This document shows, one piece after another, positions 26,790 through 38,663 of a DNA stretch of 64,000 bases (positions within the stretch are counted from its first letter, which is position 1; each line of letters begins with the position of its first letter). The DNA is taken from positions 1-64,000 of the forward strand of contig NW_014569525.1 of NCBI RefSeq assembly GCF_000743755.1. The letters are read 5' to 3'. The translations under genes and the position numbers were made by a program. Origin of the DNA: Blastocystis sp. subtype 4. Taxonomy: Eukaryota. The notes below the pieces were generated by a model. It searched no databases. It had not been told where the DNA came from and was given only the letters and a program-made list of their open reading frames with translations.

Positions 26790-28079
26790 CTATAAATCAA
26801 AGGATATCAACGTCATCATCTTTCTTGGAGCGACCTCCCGAATTAATCTTCCCTCACAGTGAAGAGGGTAGTGTATCACCTTCTCAAGTCTCTGTGAATG
26901 AAAAAGAAACTCGGAAACTACAAGAATACAGTCCTGAATTGCGTCTGCTTGTTTACTAAACATGTAACAATGAACCCGAGGCAGACGATAGGGGTACTTC
27001 TAGCGGTCATCACTTCAGTCAGCTCTTACAGAAAAACACGATTCAAAGACGTCACAGAAGGATTCGGCAGAAACAGGAAGATTCATGATGATCTGGTGAA
27101 TTGGGATTTGTTTGCTTGTCAGTTGAGAAATAAAGTCACGAGCATCCAACTGAAATGGAATCACGCGATCAGAAACCTGATGATGATTACAATAATTAGA
27201 GTTAACATGATTTGTGATACAATTCCTCTTCAGCGACTCAATACAAGAAGGATTCAAATCGTTTGCATAAACATGACAACCACGTTTTGCTGCTGGAATG
27301 GCAAACGGACCGACTCCACAGAACATGTCAACAACACAATCAGTATTGGAAAAGGAATTCACGAGACGACGATGTTCATGATGCAACCGCGAATTCCAGT
27401 ATACTTTACGATAATCAAACGAAAAGGTGCAATTTCCCTCCTTTACCTCAACTACAGTGTTGTCTTCTCCGGCAATCACCTCCATATCAAAGGTCCGCCA
27501 AGGAGAGAGTATACGACCGATTTTATTGACAACCGTTTTACAAGAAGGTATTTTATCTAGATACACTTGTCCAATGACATATTTGAATGGAAGCAACGAT
27601 GCATCAAGATTTAGATGCACAATATGTCCCACTTGTTCATAGGAAGATGGTACCTCCAGATTTGAAGGAAGAATTGCCCTTAGTACCTTACTTGTAAGTA
27701 CATTTCGCCTTAAGTACTTCAGTTGCAGAGAAATCGTCATAACTAAAATAGATGGGATACATCAGAGACGAAAGTGAGGAGTTTTGTTGAATCCATGTCC
27801 TCAAGTGGTCTGGGAGTTGGGATAAAGATGGGTCCGTAATATCTTCCTTCAGTAATACAAAACGATTTTCATTTGATGAAGGATCCAGTTGAACACTCTT
27901 GTAATGTGGATTTCGAAGTAAATAATCCGAAAGCTGAGTTCTACTATATCAAATAACTCAGAACTACACACGTACTGGACAGTATGACACAATTGTCGTG
28001 GAACACGAATTGCGACAACAGAGATGGTCTTAGAAAAGAGTAACTTGTCAAAGGACCGAAGAATGGGTGTAAGAACCAT
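26790..28079 (-). CDS. TRM5: tRNA (guanine37-N1) methyltransferase
   Basis: SSYEQVGHIVHLNL, KTVVNK, FSFDYRKVYWNSRLHHEH, DMFCGVGPF, ANDLNP, IMNLP; C-terminal REVAPRKMMTLISFDL*. Confidence 0.93.
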
Positions 28080-28100
28080 AAAGGATCGAACAAACAGGAA

Positions 28101-29683
28101 TTAGATTTGTGAATGATCACGCTTCAACTTTCTCTCTCTCAGTGCTTTTTCCAAACCCTTCAAAGCCAGTTTCATATCCTCCTCTTCCTCACAGGTGAAG
28201 ATCCAGCGATACCAACCAAACTCATGGCTATTGTATTTGGTTCCCTATGTCATGACCTATTCCACTCATTTCTACAGGAGCAATAATGATGTTGCCATGC
28301 TCATAAATGAACTCATAGAGTTCCTGCTCACCTTCATATGAGTCCTCCTTCAAGTATTCTCTCAGATTCATCCAGGAGAAGAATCCAGCATATCCCTTAG
28401 CAATGGGAATATGAAGACGATGCAGTGTAGCCTCAACTAACTGACGCATATTCCACACACGATGCTGCAAAAGAGAAATATGCTCATTCATAAAGGCTTG
28501 ATTTGAGAGCATCTACACATCACCCAAGACAACTTGGTTAACATTCGTAGCAAAACTCTGCGTATTAGCTGGAACCTCGCAGAAGTGAATCAGCTCATTC
28601 AGGACTGTATGAAGTTGTTGATTGTGAGTCATCAGAACACTCAGACGGAAACCAGATAGGCCCATATCCTTACTGAAACCCCATAACTAACAGTAATGTT
28701 AACCACTACCCCCTACACAAGTGACATCATCTTTCTTAGGATCATTCTCGATGAGCTTCGCGAAGCTCACAAACTTGTTCTCGTCTTCTCTCTACAAATC
28801 AATCTAATCGCTTTCATTCACCAGTTCTTCAGCTGGCTTGACGGACAAAGCATAGATTTCATCTGAGAACTAATTGTGAATGATTGAAAGAAGAAAAACA
28901 AGATGGAGATTGTGACGACGGCAGAATTGGAGAATGATGTGCATCTCCTCCACTGAACTAACTGTACCTGTTGGGTTGTTAGGATTGGTAAAGACAAGCA
29001 TCTTCACCTTGCGATGATCCCGCTCTGCTGCTGCATAGGCCTCTTCCAAGATTGCATCGGTTACAACATAACTAGAAATGAGGAAAATAGAATAGGATAA
29101 CTTGTTGAGAGTCGTATCTGCCTTGTACATCACAGCACCATTACGAATACTGAAGTTGTTGTTGAATGAATTGTAACAAGGAGTGATACCTAGAATTCAG
29201 AGTATCAATCTGAATTCTACAAATAAAAGCTTCACCAGGATTCATCAAGGCAGTACTCATAATATCCATCACAGCACCCGAACCAGCAACAATGATTACA
29301 TTATCCGAAGTCACCTTTGTCTTGAACACAGTATCGGTCAAGAACTTTGCCATGCACTCTTTAAAATACACTCGACCATCATAAGATGTAGCGTACCTAA
29401 TAGTAATCCATTCTCTCATTTTCCTACATGTTGTCTTCGGGATGTAACTTACTAAACTCTGCAATATACGGTTGCATATGCTCCCAACATAGAACGTTCT
29501 CTGCAACAGTGAGGAGGTGAGGACGCTCTGGATGTTCCGCATTTCGCGGGTTAAATGTTGCAGCTACGGTATGAGTTCCACTTAGATCGGCTCTCTTAGG
29601 AGCAAGTATCTTTTGGGATCTAAATATCAGTGTAACTGTATCAGCAAGTACACAGTTGATAATTCCATCAAAAGAAATGACAT
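28101..29683 (-). CDS. PLP-dependent aminotransferase class I/II, ACC-synthase-like
   Basis: LTVAEN, TNPNNPTG, SDEIYA, WGFSKDMGLSGFR (PLP Lys), AGFFSWMNLR, GWYRWIF. TAA is followed directly by 4 nt and TGTTTGTT. Confidence 0.85.
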
Positions 29684-29737
29684 TCAATAAGCGTCAAAGT
29701 ATCTCTTTCAAATCAAACAATTCTAACAAATGAACAA

Positions 29738-29810
29738 GCCCGTCTAGCTCAGTCGGTAGAGCGCCAGGCTCTTAACCTGGTGGTCGAGGGTTCGAGCCCC
29801 TCGGTGGGCG
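29738..29810 (+). tRNA. tRNA-Lys (anticodon CTT)
   Basis: 73-nt cloverleaf: acceptor GCCCGTC/GGTGGGC, D arm TAGCTCAGTCGGTAGAGC, anticodon arm CCAGG-CTCTTAA-CCTGG, T loop GGTTCGAGCCC. Confidence 0.97.
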
Positions 29811-29979
29811 ATTTCTTTATTGTTTTCTCACATTCATTTTAATCATATTCTCAATTTCAGGTCTGAGGTAGGGGTTTCTATGATAGCGAAGACGAAAGTA
29901 ACTTCAATCAAACAATTGTTTCGATTTCCGCGGTAATGGACGAACCGTATCATAACCATTAAAAGAAAACTAAAACCAG

Positions 29980-31094
29980 ATGAACTCTCGTTTTGTTGTC
30001 TTTGCTTTGTTGGTGGCCTGTGCTTCTTGTTCTTTAATTCATTTACCTACTCTGTCGGAGAGTCTGAAGCACATGGTTTATAGTCCAGTTAATTACTTGA
30101 GATCGGCTATTGGTGATGAGGATCTCCATTGTAATAGTTTGACACGATTCTAATTGATAGTCTGCGGATCCTACGGAAGTGGTTGTATTAATGCTGCTGT
30201 TATGGGAATGGAAATGAGCTTTGTAGTCGAAGGACCAATGAATACTGACCCAACCGCTCTGTATATGGCTGTAGAGTCTTTTGCTGATGTAACGTGCACC
30301 AGCGAAATGGAAGTCCTGTCTCTGAACACTAGCTTTTCGTTAGTTGCTGTGAACGATGTTGAGAAGTCGTTCAACGCCACTGCTACGAATGCCTACTTTA
30401 AGGCTACAGAGCTTTTTGTTCAGAGCATGACCTGTACTACTCCTCTGGTTGTTGGTCAGTATTACAGTATTTTAGATGTAAACTGTACCGATGCATCGGG
30501 TGAGGATCCGTTTGGTGACACTGCTCAGTCTATTGGCAACTCAACTATTTTGATTTTGTCGAGAAACAGCACGGGTATCTCAATTGCTGACGCTGAGACG
30601 GAACCTATGTATCTTCCTTATGTGAGCGATGATGGTTGTTCCAGTTCTCCTACACTCCCTCCTACCGTTCCTCCCACCTCTTCTCCTGCCCCTACGACAG
30701 TCACTCCTACTGTCCCTCCTACTACCTCTCCTGCCCCTACGACAGTTACTCCTACCGTTCCTCCTACTACCTCTCCTGCTCCTACTACGGTTACCCCTAC
30801 CGTTCCTCCTACCACTTCTCCAGTTCCCACCACTTCTCCAGTTCCTACCACCTCCCCGGTTCCTACCACCTCTCCGGTTCCCACCTCTACTCCTTCTCCT
30901 ACTGAGAAGCCCACAAAGGCTCCTATCAACATGATGCTTATCTTCATCATCATTGGAGTTGTTGTATTGGTTGTTATTGTGCTTATTATTGTGATTTGCT
31001 GCTGCAAGAAGAGCAAATCGAATAATCTTAATAGGGTACGTCGTGTGGATTATAAATCTGTTGAAAGTGCGCCTCTGAAGAAGAATTACATTTA
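29980..31094 (+). CDS. Mucin-stalk type I surface membrane protein; probable poly(A)-completed stop
   Basis: Signal peptide MNSRFVVFALLVACAS, Cys-containing head, P/T/S repeats, TM helix and CCCKK juxtamembrane. In-frame TA (31093-31094) lies 4 nt before TGTTTGTT (31099). Confidence 0.75.
30659..30900 (+). repeat. Coding tandem repeats: about three 45-nt units (TTSPAPTTVTPTVPP) then about four 18-nt units (TTSPVP)
   Basis: Visible in the translation and DNA, with synonymous differences between units. Confidence 0.9.
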
Positions 31095-31929
31095 TAAGTG
31101 TTTGTTACCAGTCCCAAGTGATTGCCAGAATTAATGTCACTCATTTCTCTTTATTCTCGTTCATTAGCTGTAGGATGTGGACGAATCGATTGTTCTGTAG
31201 TCTTATCCGCTTCTAACGAAAACAGTAACTTCATTCATTGTTGGAGGTGCAGGCGATATCGTAGCTCAGAAGCTTTTTTCTAGTTCCTTTCTGTCATATA
31301 GATGACCTGTAGAGAATGATCACTTTGAAGTGGATTGGAAACGTACATTCCGTATGGGTGTAACTTTGAGGTGATGAAATCCATATTAGTTTGTTTGTAT
31401 GTGCTATGGTGGGATCAATCACTACTGGTACGGATTTCTTCAGCGCAAAGTGACCTTCACAGGTATGAAGAAGGTCTTGGCAAAAATGCTCTTTGATCAA
31501 GTATAAGGATCTGAAGAATTGAAGAGTAGCTTTTCTTTGTTCCTGTATTTGATGGGCTTATGTTCTTCAGTTTGTCTTGTTTGGAAGTACTGTTACATTA
31601 TTTTCTTGATTCGAAGAATTGGAAGAATCAACCCGAAGCAGGAATCCAGAAAGTGAAATTGTGTCTGTGGCCTGCACTACGCGTACACGGTTGGTTTGTA
31701 TCATCAGTTAGGCGAATTACTGTGTTTGGCCAATTCTACAGATTATCAACTTTCGTTACGTTCCATTGAATGTCAGTCATTGGAAACTATTTGATCTGTA
31801 GTACCAAGTTCTTTTTACAACAACAGGAGTCTTTTTCTGGAACATCTTCTTATCTGATGTAGCTCATCGTCGTGGAAAAACGACAGCAACTCATAAATCG
31901 AATTCATATGTTTCGTTCCAACAAACATA

Positions 31930-33129
31930 TTAATAGCGGTTGAAAAGATCCTGAATCTCAGACACATCTTTTGTTACTGTCAAAGCCATCATCAAAAGTA
32001 CACGTGCCTTTTGAGGTGATAAATTGCCAGAAGAGATGAGATTGAGCGTTTTGTCAGCACTAGGATTAGGAGTGACAATTCCTGAAGAACATCTGGATCC
32101 ACGCACAATAACACACTTGTGCTTGTTCTCAGCCAAGATTGGCATCACATCATCACTAATGCTTCCATTTCCTGAAGCAGCAATAACAAGTCCATCATTC
32201 TTATCAAGATAGTATTTCAAAATATCCAGATCCAGGTTCGGATAAACATAGAGAATATCTACCTTAGGGATATACTTCTCAAAGACCTTCAGATCGAACT
32301 CACAATTCTCTGTGTGTCGACGATATGGAAGATGGTAGAGATAGATCTGCTGTTCTTGGATGAAACCCAAAGGACCTAGATCAGCGCTGCCAAAGGAATT
32401 GACCTTAAAGGTGTTAATCTTGGTAACATCACGAGCAGAGTATAGCTCCTCATTCATCACAACAAGTGAACCCAATCCACGAGTAGCAGGAGAACCAGCA
32501 GCCACAACAGCATTAAGCAGATTCAAGCCACCATCAGCGCTAAGAGCAGTTGCTGGACGCATGGCTCCAGTGAATACTACTGGTTTCTGTGAGTGCAACA
32601 CAAGATGACAGAAATAGCAGCTTTCCTCTAGAGTATCAGTTCCGTGAGTGACGACAACTCCGTCGACATCATCACAATCCAGATACTTCTGAGCATTCTC
32701 TGCGAGCACAATCCAATCATGAACCTTCATGTTCTCCGAGGGTTTCTGAAGAACTCCCTTGGCAACACAATTAGCTGCTGTAAGGATCTCAGGAGTTCCA
32801 GACACCAAATCGGAAATATCCATAGCTCCAGCTTCATATACTGCAGTATTTGTCGAACTCTTTCCCTTTCCAGCAATTGTACCTCCGGTTCCAAGGATTA
32901 CCACATTTGGAAGGTCTGGGTTTCTCTTCATTCCATCAAACAGAGAAAAGTGTCTGCAATTCCTCTGAGAAGCACACGAATATGAAAATAAGTTACGTCC
33001 AGGAGTAATGAGCCCTGGATTCCGGTTCCAGCAGGCGGCTGCCGAGAAATTCCTAATCACAACGGGACTAGTTGATTCTTTTCTCAAGATCTTGCAGCAC
33101 TTCAAGAAAGGCGCAGAAGTTCTAAGCAT
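31930..33129 (-). CDS. Bacterial-type (type II-like) L-asparaginase/glutaminase, intronless, with presequence-like N-terminal extension
   Basis: TGGTIAG, HGTDTLEE, TGAMRPA..ADG..NL, ARDVTK, GNG, LSPQKARVLLM. First ATG at 33129; the track start at 33144 is a GTG. Confidence 0.92.
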   Translation of the reverse strand: MLRTSAPFLKCCKILRKESTSPVVIRNFSAAACWNRNPGLITPGRNLFSYSCASQRNCRHFSLFDGMKRNPDLPNVVILGTGGTIAGKGKSSTNTAVYEAGAMDISDLVSGTPEILTAANCVAKGVLQKPSENMKVHDWIVLAENAQKYLDCDDVDGVVVTHGTDTLEESCYFCHLVLHSQKPVVFTGAMRPATALSADGGLNLLNAVVAAGSPATRGLGSLVVMNEELYSARDVTKINTFKVNSFGSADLGPLGFIQEQQIYLYHLPYRRHTENCEFDLKVFEKYIPKVDILYVYPNLDLDILKYYLDKNDGLVIAASGNGSISDDVMPILAENKHKCVIVRGSRCSSGIVTPNPSADKTLNLISSGNLSPQKARVLLMMALTVTKDVSEIQDLFNRY

Positions 33130-33267
33130 ATAGCGCAAATACACTGAAATTACCAGAGTGGTAGAATTGATAAGGAATCATCTCCTTTTTTTGGAATCGA
33201 GAAATTTGAGTTTGATTTGAAATAACAAAAAGAAGGAGAATTTGGGTTCCAGTTGAACTCCTTCATT

Positions 33268-34518
33268 ATGGGGTGTTTCAACACTTGGTGTATATTATTG
33301 TGTTGTTTAGTTGTGTGTGAGATTGGGGGTATGTTCTTCTCTCTTGATGTATTTATGGACATTTCTCAAATAAAATCTCGTTTTCAATATATTGTTGAAT
33401 GTGCTGAAGAACCTCTGGTGCAGTCATCTCTAAATGACGTTAAAGATGATTCTTTGTTATCAACGGATTCGAATAGGTCAGAGCCAAGTACAAGTATCCT
33501 ATCTTCACAAACACCTTTAAAGGGTCATTTATCTGTCCATCCAGATTCAGAGTTGACAGAATCGGCATCTTCAAGTTCGTCGCATGTGTTTCAATTGGTT
33601 TTATTTACAACAGAAGATGTAGGAGGTTCACAATGGAATTCCTTTGTAGAAGGATTTGTCTGTTGCAACGAGGAATGTTCTAGTTATGTTTCATCTGTTT
33701 CAGAAACTTTATGACTTTCGAGCCATCATGTTCACAGCGAACAACAAGACAATTAAGGTTTGTAACAATTATGGAATTCTGACGAGTAATCGGATTGAAC
33801 GCAATCCATATGGTCTTCCCTACATTGGGAGTATGTATACTGAAGCGTATTCGATGGTAAATTCTTCTTATTACGGTTATATCAACGCCGATATTCTTGT
33901 TAGTGATCGAATATTTGATGTACTATCATTTATTGAATCGAAGCGTACTTCTATCTTCAAAGGATCATTTGTTGTCGTTTCGTTGTACTGTTGAGTTCAT
34001 AGATTGAAGTTTGTCATAATGCTTATAACATCCATACAAAACGGTTCAAAATGAATTTAACGCAAGAGAGATATGCTTCATTTATTCAGACTTCATTGTC
34101 TCATTCTAAGCAACGAGGAGAATCAAGTGTTGTATGGAAGAGAACATGGCTTGATCTGTAGGATATGTTTATTTTGTCAAAGGAGTTTATCCAGTATCCA
34201 TTAGGTCCCTTTGTCATAGCGCGTGCTCGTATCGATACCTACATGCTCTTGTACTGTATGAAAGCAGGTTGTTCTTTGATTGATTCTGGGAAGGCAGGTA
34301 GAAGTGAGAGAAGAATGTGATTGTAGCTGTTACTCTTCATCAAGGTATGTCAACATATACATCACGTCGAGGTTTGGTCTCAAGCGATGATTACAATTGG
34401 AATCTAAATCGGATGAAGTCATTTGCAACACTAAAAGCAGCTAGAGCTGTATTAGATGTTAACCCAGAAGGAGTTTTCACAATGGACAGGCCTAGTAATA
34501 GAAAGATACGAAAGAAAT
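33268..34518 (+). CDS. Type II membrane glycosyltransferase-like hypothetical protein; poly(A)-completed stop
   Basis: N-terminal signal-anchor; RNPYGLPYIGSMY..YYGYINADILV; DMFILSK..FVIARARID. In-frame T at 34518 lies 4 nt before TGTTTGTT. Confidence 0.6.
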
Positions 34519-34555
34519 GGAATGTTTGTTATAATCCAACATGACCATAAAGAGA

Positions 34556-36075
34556 TCATTCATCATCATCAAACCGAGTACTTTTCACTTCCATTGAAAT
34601 TCGTCCTCCACTATAGTTACCTCGCTTCTTCTTTGTCTTTTCTCTTCGGAAATCCTTTCCTCTTACCTTGATAAGTATATCACTTGCCTTAGCACCATAA
34701 CCCTCTTTGCCATATGTGGCTTCATCTACAGATCAACATAGATGGACAGAGAGTACAAGAATTATCCATAAGTTCTGGCTTCTTGATCGTATTGAGCCAT
34801 GATTCATCTACTCGTTTGAAGGGTCGATGTTCCTAGAATTGAGAGACAATGAATTGGTATACAGTGGGTTTGGGAATGTTGACAGGGTCCAACTTCTTTG
34901 GAACCCATTCGACCACCTTCTCAGGTTCAGATTCAGATGAAGAGGAATCTGAATCTGAGGAGGAGTCTGAATCTGAAGAGGAATCTGAAGAATCTGAGTC
35001 TGAAGAGGAATCCGAATCAGAGGAGGAGTCTGAATCTGAAGAGGAATCTGATGAATCTGAGTCTGAAGAGGAATCTGAATCAGAGGAGGAATCTGATGAA
35101 TCCGAATCAGACGAAGAATCTGAGTCAGATGAATCAGAACTATCCTTCTTCTGCTCTTTGGTATCAGATGAATTAGAGGAGTCGTCCGAATCAGAAGAAG
35201 AATCTGAGTCTGATGAATCCGAATTGCAATTATTTTCCTTCTTCTCTTCACTATCGGAGGAATCAGATGAACTATCAGAAGAGTCTGAACTACTGTTCTC
35301 TTCACTATCTGAGGAATTAGAATCAGATGAACTATCCGAATCCTCTTCTTCCTTCTTCTCTTCATTGTTAGAGGAATCAGAATCTGATGAGTCAGAAGAG
35401 TCAGAACTACTATCATCTTTCTTCTTCTCTTCATTGTCAGACGAATCAGATGAACTGTCAGGATCTGATGAACTATCAGAGCTCTCTTTTTCTTTCTTCT
35501 CCTCTTCCTCATCAGATGAATCTGAGGGATCGGATGAACTATCAGAATCCGAACTACTCTCTTCCTTCTTTTCTTCCTCCTCATCTGAAGAGTCTGAGGA
35601 ATCTGAGGAATCTGATGAACTGTCAGAATCCGAACTACTCTCTTCCTTCTTCTCTTCACTATCAGATGAATCAGAAGAACTGCTCGAATCCGATGAAGTA
35701 GAACTCTCCTTCTTTTCGTTGTCACTCTCTGATGAATCATCAGAAGAGTCCGATTCACTCGACGAAGATTCAGAAGATGACGATGACGAACTCTCCTCTT
35801 CACTAGAAGACTTAGAAGCATTCACACCAATTATCTCCTTAGGTTGCTCTATAATTGAATATCCATAAAAGCCCATACTGTTAATTAACTTCAACTCATT
35901 GCCGATCAGTTCATCACATGTAGGAACAAGTCGCTTCACCGACTACACCATTAACATAACAAACAAAATCAAAACTTACACCTTTCTTTGTCAACAACTC
36001 CAGAGCAGCGGCTGCCTTCACCAAGTCAATCTCTTTCATGTAATTAATCAAAGCACTCAAGTCATCAGAATTCAT
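34556..36075 (-). CDS. SRP40: SRP40/Nopp140-like nucleolar phosphoprotein
   Basis: LisH-like N-terminus, long S/D/E tracts with K patches, and SRP40_C-like YGAKASDILIKVRGKDFRREKTKKKRGNYSGGRI..STRFDDDE*. Confidence 0.88.
34925..35810 (-). repeat. Low-complexity coding repeat (SSSDSD units and EEKKEESSSDSD blocks)
   Basis: Direct from the translation of ORF 34833-35939. Confidence 0.9.
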
Positions 36076-36235
36076 GATGAAGCCTTAGGAAAGCAACAAT
36101 ATGAAAGAAAACTCCTTCCTAGAAAGAATGGTTGGCCGTTTCATTATTCAGAATATCATAGATTTCTGGAACCCCATAATAGGAACCCCATGACCAAGGG
36201 CCCATTTCCCAAGAATCCTTTTCTGATTCACTTCC

Positions 36236-37032
36236 ATGGTACCGTATCATCTCCACCTCTCATTACTAGTCTGCAACTGAAACTAGAAATGTAATCACGT
36301 TACGAGGATCAGCCCAAATGGTTGCAGAGTTCTTCGAATACAGTATTAATTCGTTCACTCTTGGAGTTTTTATTGATTCATAGGATTCTATATCAACGAG
36401 GTATCTATCCACCAGAAAGCTTCAACAGAGTCACTAAATATGGCCTATCGATGGTAACAGCACGAGATGAAGCGCTTGTTGCTTATTTACACAATATGAT
36501 CCGACAAGTCCAATGTTGATTCTCTCGATGTATTTCATTCTTAGTGTGGTTAGAATCCAATGATCTACGTAGTTTAATCATTTGTATTTATGGAATCGAC
36601 AGTCAACGAGTTTTAGAGCGATGGAGTTTTGTTGTTGAGACAGACCGTGAAGTGGCTGAATCTAACGGATCTATGTATTTTAATGATTGAACTTTCTAAT
36701 ATGCAGAACTCGGGAAAAGGATGTACCAACTATACAAAAAGAGATTCAAGCTATTATCCGTCAAATCACGGCATCTGTTACCTTTTTACCTCTTTTAGAC
36801 GAACCATGTATTCAATTCCATTTGTTTCTAAGATAGGCACTTTTGAAATCCTTGTATACACAAACCGAGACGCAGAAGTGCCTTTAAAATGGGAAGATAG
36901 TGATCCACATTTTATTCCTAATGCAGAAACTGTTAAGTTGCGTTCTTTTTCTACTAGTGTACGTGTAGATATCTGTTGATGATCAGATTCACACTGTTGA
37001 TACTGCTGTATCCTATAAACAAGACTCTATGT
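36236..37032 (+). CDS. MAD2: Spindle checkpoint protein MAD2 (HORMA); poly(A)-completed stop
   Basis: ITLRGSAQMVAEFF, ILYQRGIYPPESF, LERWSF, EIQAIIRQITASVTFLP, WEDSDP, VKLRSFSTS, HTVDTAVSYKQDSM, then T(37032), 4 nt and TGTTTGTT. Confidence 0.95.
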
Positions 37033-37057
37033 CCCTTGTTTGTTTACTCATAATCCA

Positions 37058-37609
37058 ATGAGCTCATTTGTCATTCAGTGTGCCAAATGCCGCTCCATTG
37101 TTAGTGATTCTTCATGTAATGTATTAATCAACGATGCTCTACATTTGATAGTGACTGAGAGTGATGAATCTGATTCTTGTCTAATTCCTAGGAGCTAATA
37201 ATACGACTATAGAAAATCAATTGAAACTAGCAATTGGACAATTAGATGAAGGATCATCCTACTTTGAAATCTCGTGTTCATTTTGTCATGCTATTCTAGG
37301 AAGAAGTTATAAATCAACGACAGACTACTCAGATGCATATAGAGACCGGTTTGCCTTTGACATGGATAAAGTCACAACATACACCCTTGGTAGTTGTACT
37401 CAGAGTCGTCGGGATGATTCTATTCCATCTCAATGTAGATTATGATGATCCATTTTTATCATGTAGCTTCAAACGCCATTCTTCTATCCTTTGATGCTGA
37501 TCGAGCTCGGAATGATACCAATGCTATTAATGAAATTAAATCTATTATTCTTCATATGAATCAAAGGTTAGACGCCTTTGAAGCTTCTCACTCCTCTCCT
37601 CTTTCTTAA
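37058..37609 (+). CDS. Mis18/Yippee-family zinc-binding protein with C-terminal coiled coil
   Basis: FVIQCAKCRSIVSDS and ISCSFCHAILGRSYKST..RDRFAFD..VTTYTLG; C-terminal helix INEIKSIILHMNQRL. Confidence 0.75.
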
Positions 37610-37619
37610 CAAACACAGT

Positions 37620-38563
37620 AACCCGAATCAGAGGATTCAATTATTACCTTCCTTTTCTTCCCTTTCCCTTCAGTTGATTTGGTCTCATGTTTCCGTTTCT
37701 TATCTTCCACCTCTTCCACCTCACTGCTGTCGTCTTCTGATAGTTCTTCTATGTCACTGTCATCATCTTCTGACAATTCCTCGATTTCACTATTGTCTTC
37801 CGAAAATGCATCACTTGAAGATTTACTCTCCCTCCGTTCTCCAATGTCGTCTTCAATAAAATCAACAAGACTTCCTTCACTGTCACTGTCTTCATCCTCA
37901 AAAGCTTCTGCTATCGTTACTCGATCCTTCATGTACGGAAACAAAGAAAACAAGCCTCCGTCTGTGCCGTTCGATAGGTCCGTAAATGACTCCTCAGCCA
38001 CAATCATCTTAACTAAGGTCTCTAGTTTATCGCTTGTCCATGCTATAGATTACATCTAACCAACAGATAATACATTTAGATATGCTGTCAAGGAAATCCC
38101 AACCAAAACGCGTATTCTTTTGGGTCATCATTAGCAAAATAATATCTCGAAGGTTCTCTAATGAGAAATTGTTCTTCATCTTTCGAACTCTAACCATCAA
38201 TCATGAGAATCTCACTCACTGATGCAAACTTTCCTCCGAACATATATCAACCATTTCATTACTCACATATGAGGTCAATACTGATATAAATTTTTTCCCC
38301 TCCACTTTTCTCTTCTTCAACATGTATATGATATCCTCAAGCTATAGTATTAGCAATCATAACTGTCAATATACTCGCCAATTCTCAGTGATCCCAGTCA
38401 TTATCTCTAAGTTATCCATGACATCGGGACAGTAAGTTACAATGAACTTTCGGAGTTTCTTTAGTTTTGATTTTCCATTCCATTCAGTTACACACTCGGC
38501 TAAGGAACGAATAATCCTTTATGTGAGACATCTCGGTTGAGTCTTACGACCCGACATTTTCAT
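37620..38563 (-). CDS. Hypothetical protein with acidic/basic C-terminus; poly(A)-completed stop
   Basis: Multi-exon, start uncertain. Last exon contains SLVDFIEDD and an NLS-like KGKKRKV; in-frame T at 37620 lies 4 nt before minus-strand TGTTTGTT (37615-37608). Confidence 0.5.
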
Positions 38564-38663
38564 TATCATTCCATGACTTCAAGTTCTCAATGAACTCGGA
38601 AACATTCACATTTACACATTTATCTGGCATTTGTACTTTTTTGTGATCTGCTTCTTTCCCTCC

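Noticed and set aside
26898..27560. 220-aa plus-strand ORF
   Set aside because: Antisense shadow of TRM5.
2834..29933. Recurrent CCGCGG(GAA) word
   Set aside because: It occurs in exons as well as intergenic DNA, with no consistent position.
30618..31016. Alternative-frame and antisense ORFs over the mucin repeat; CRISPR-like periodicity
   Set aside because: These are coding tandem repeats without unique spacers, and there are no cas genes.
34808..35868. Long overlapping ORFs (337 aa on -, 339 aa on +) over the SD repeat
   Set aside because: These are shadow frames of the low-complexity SRP40 repeat, which lacks stops. The SD tract is not a bacterial Sdr adhesin because it is flanked by LisH-like and SRP40_C-like domains and introns.
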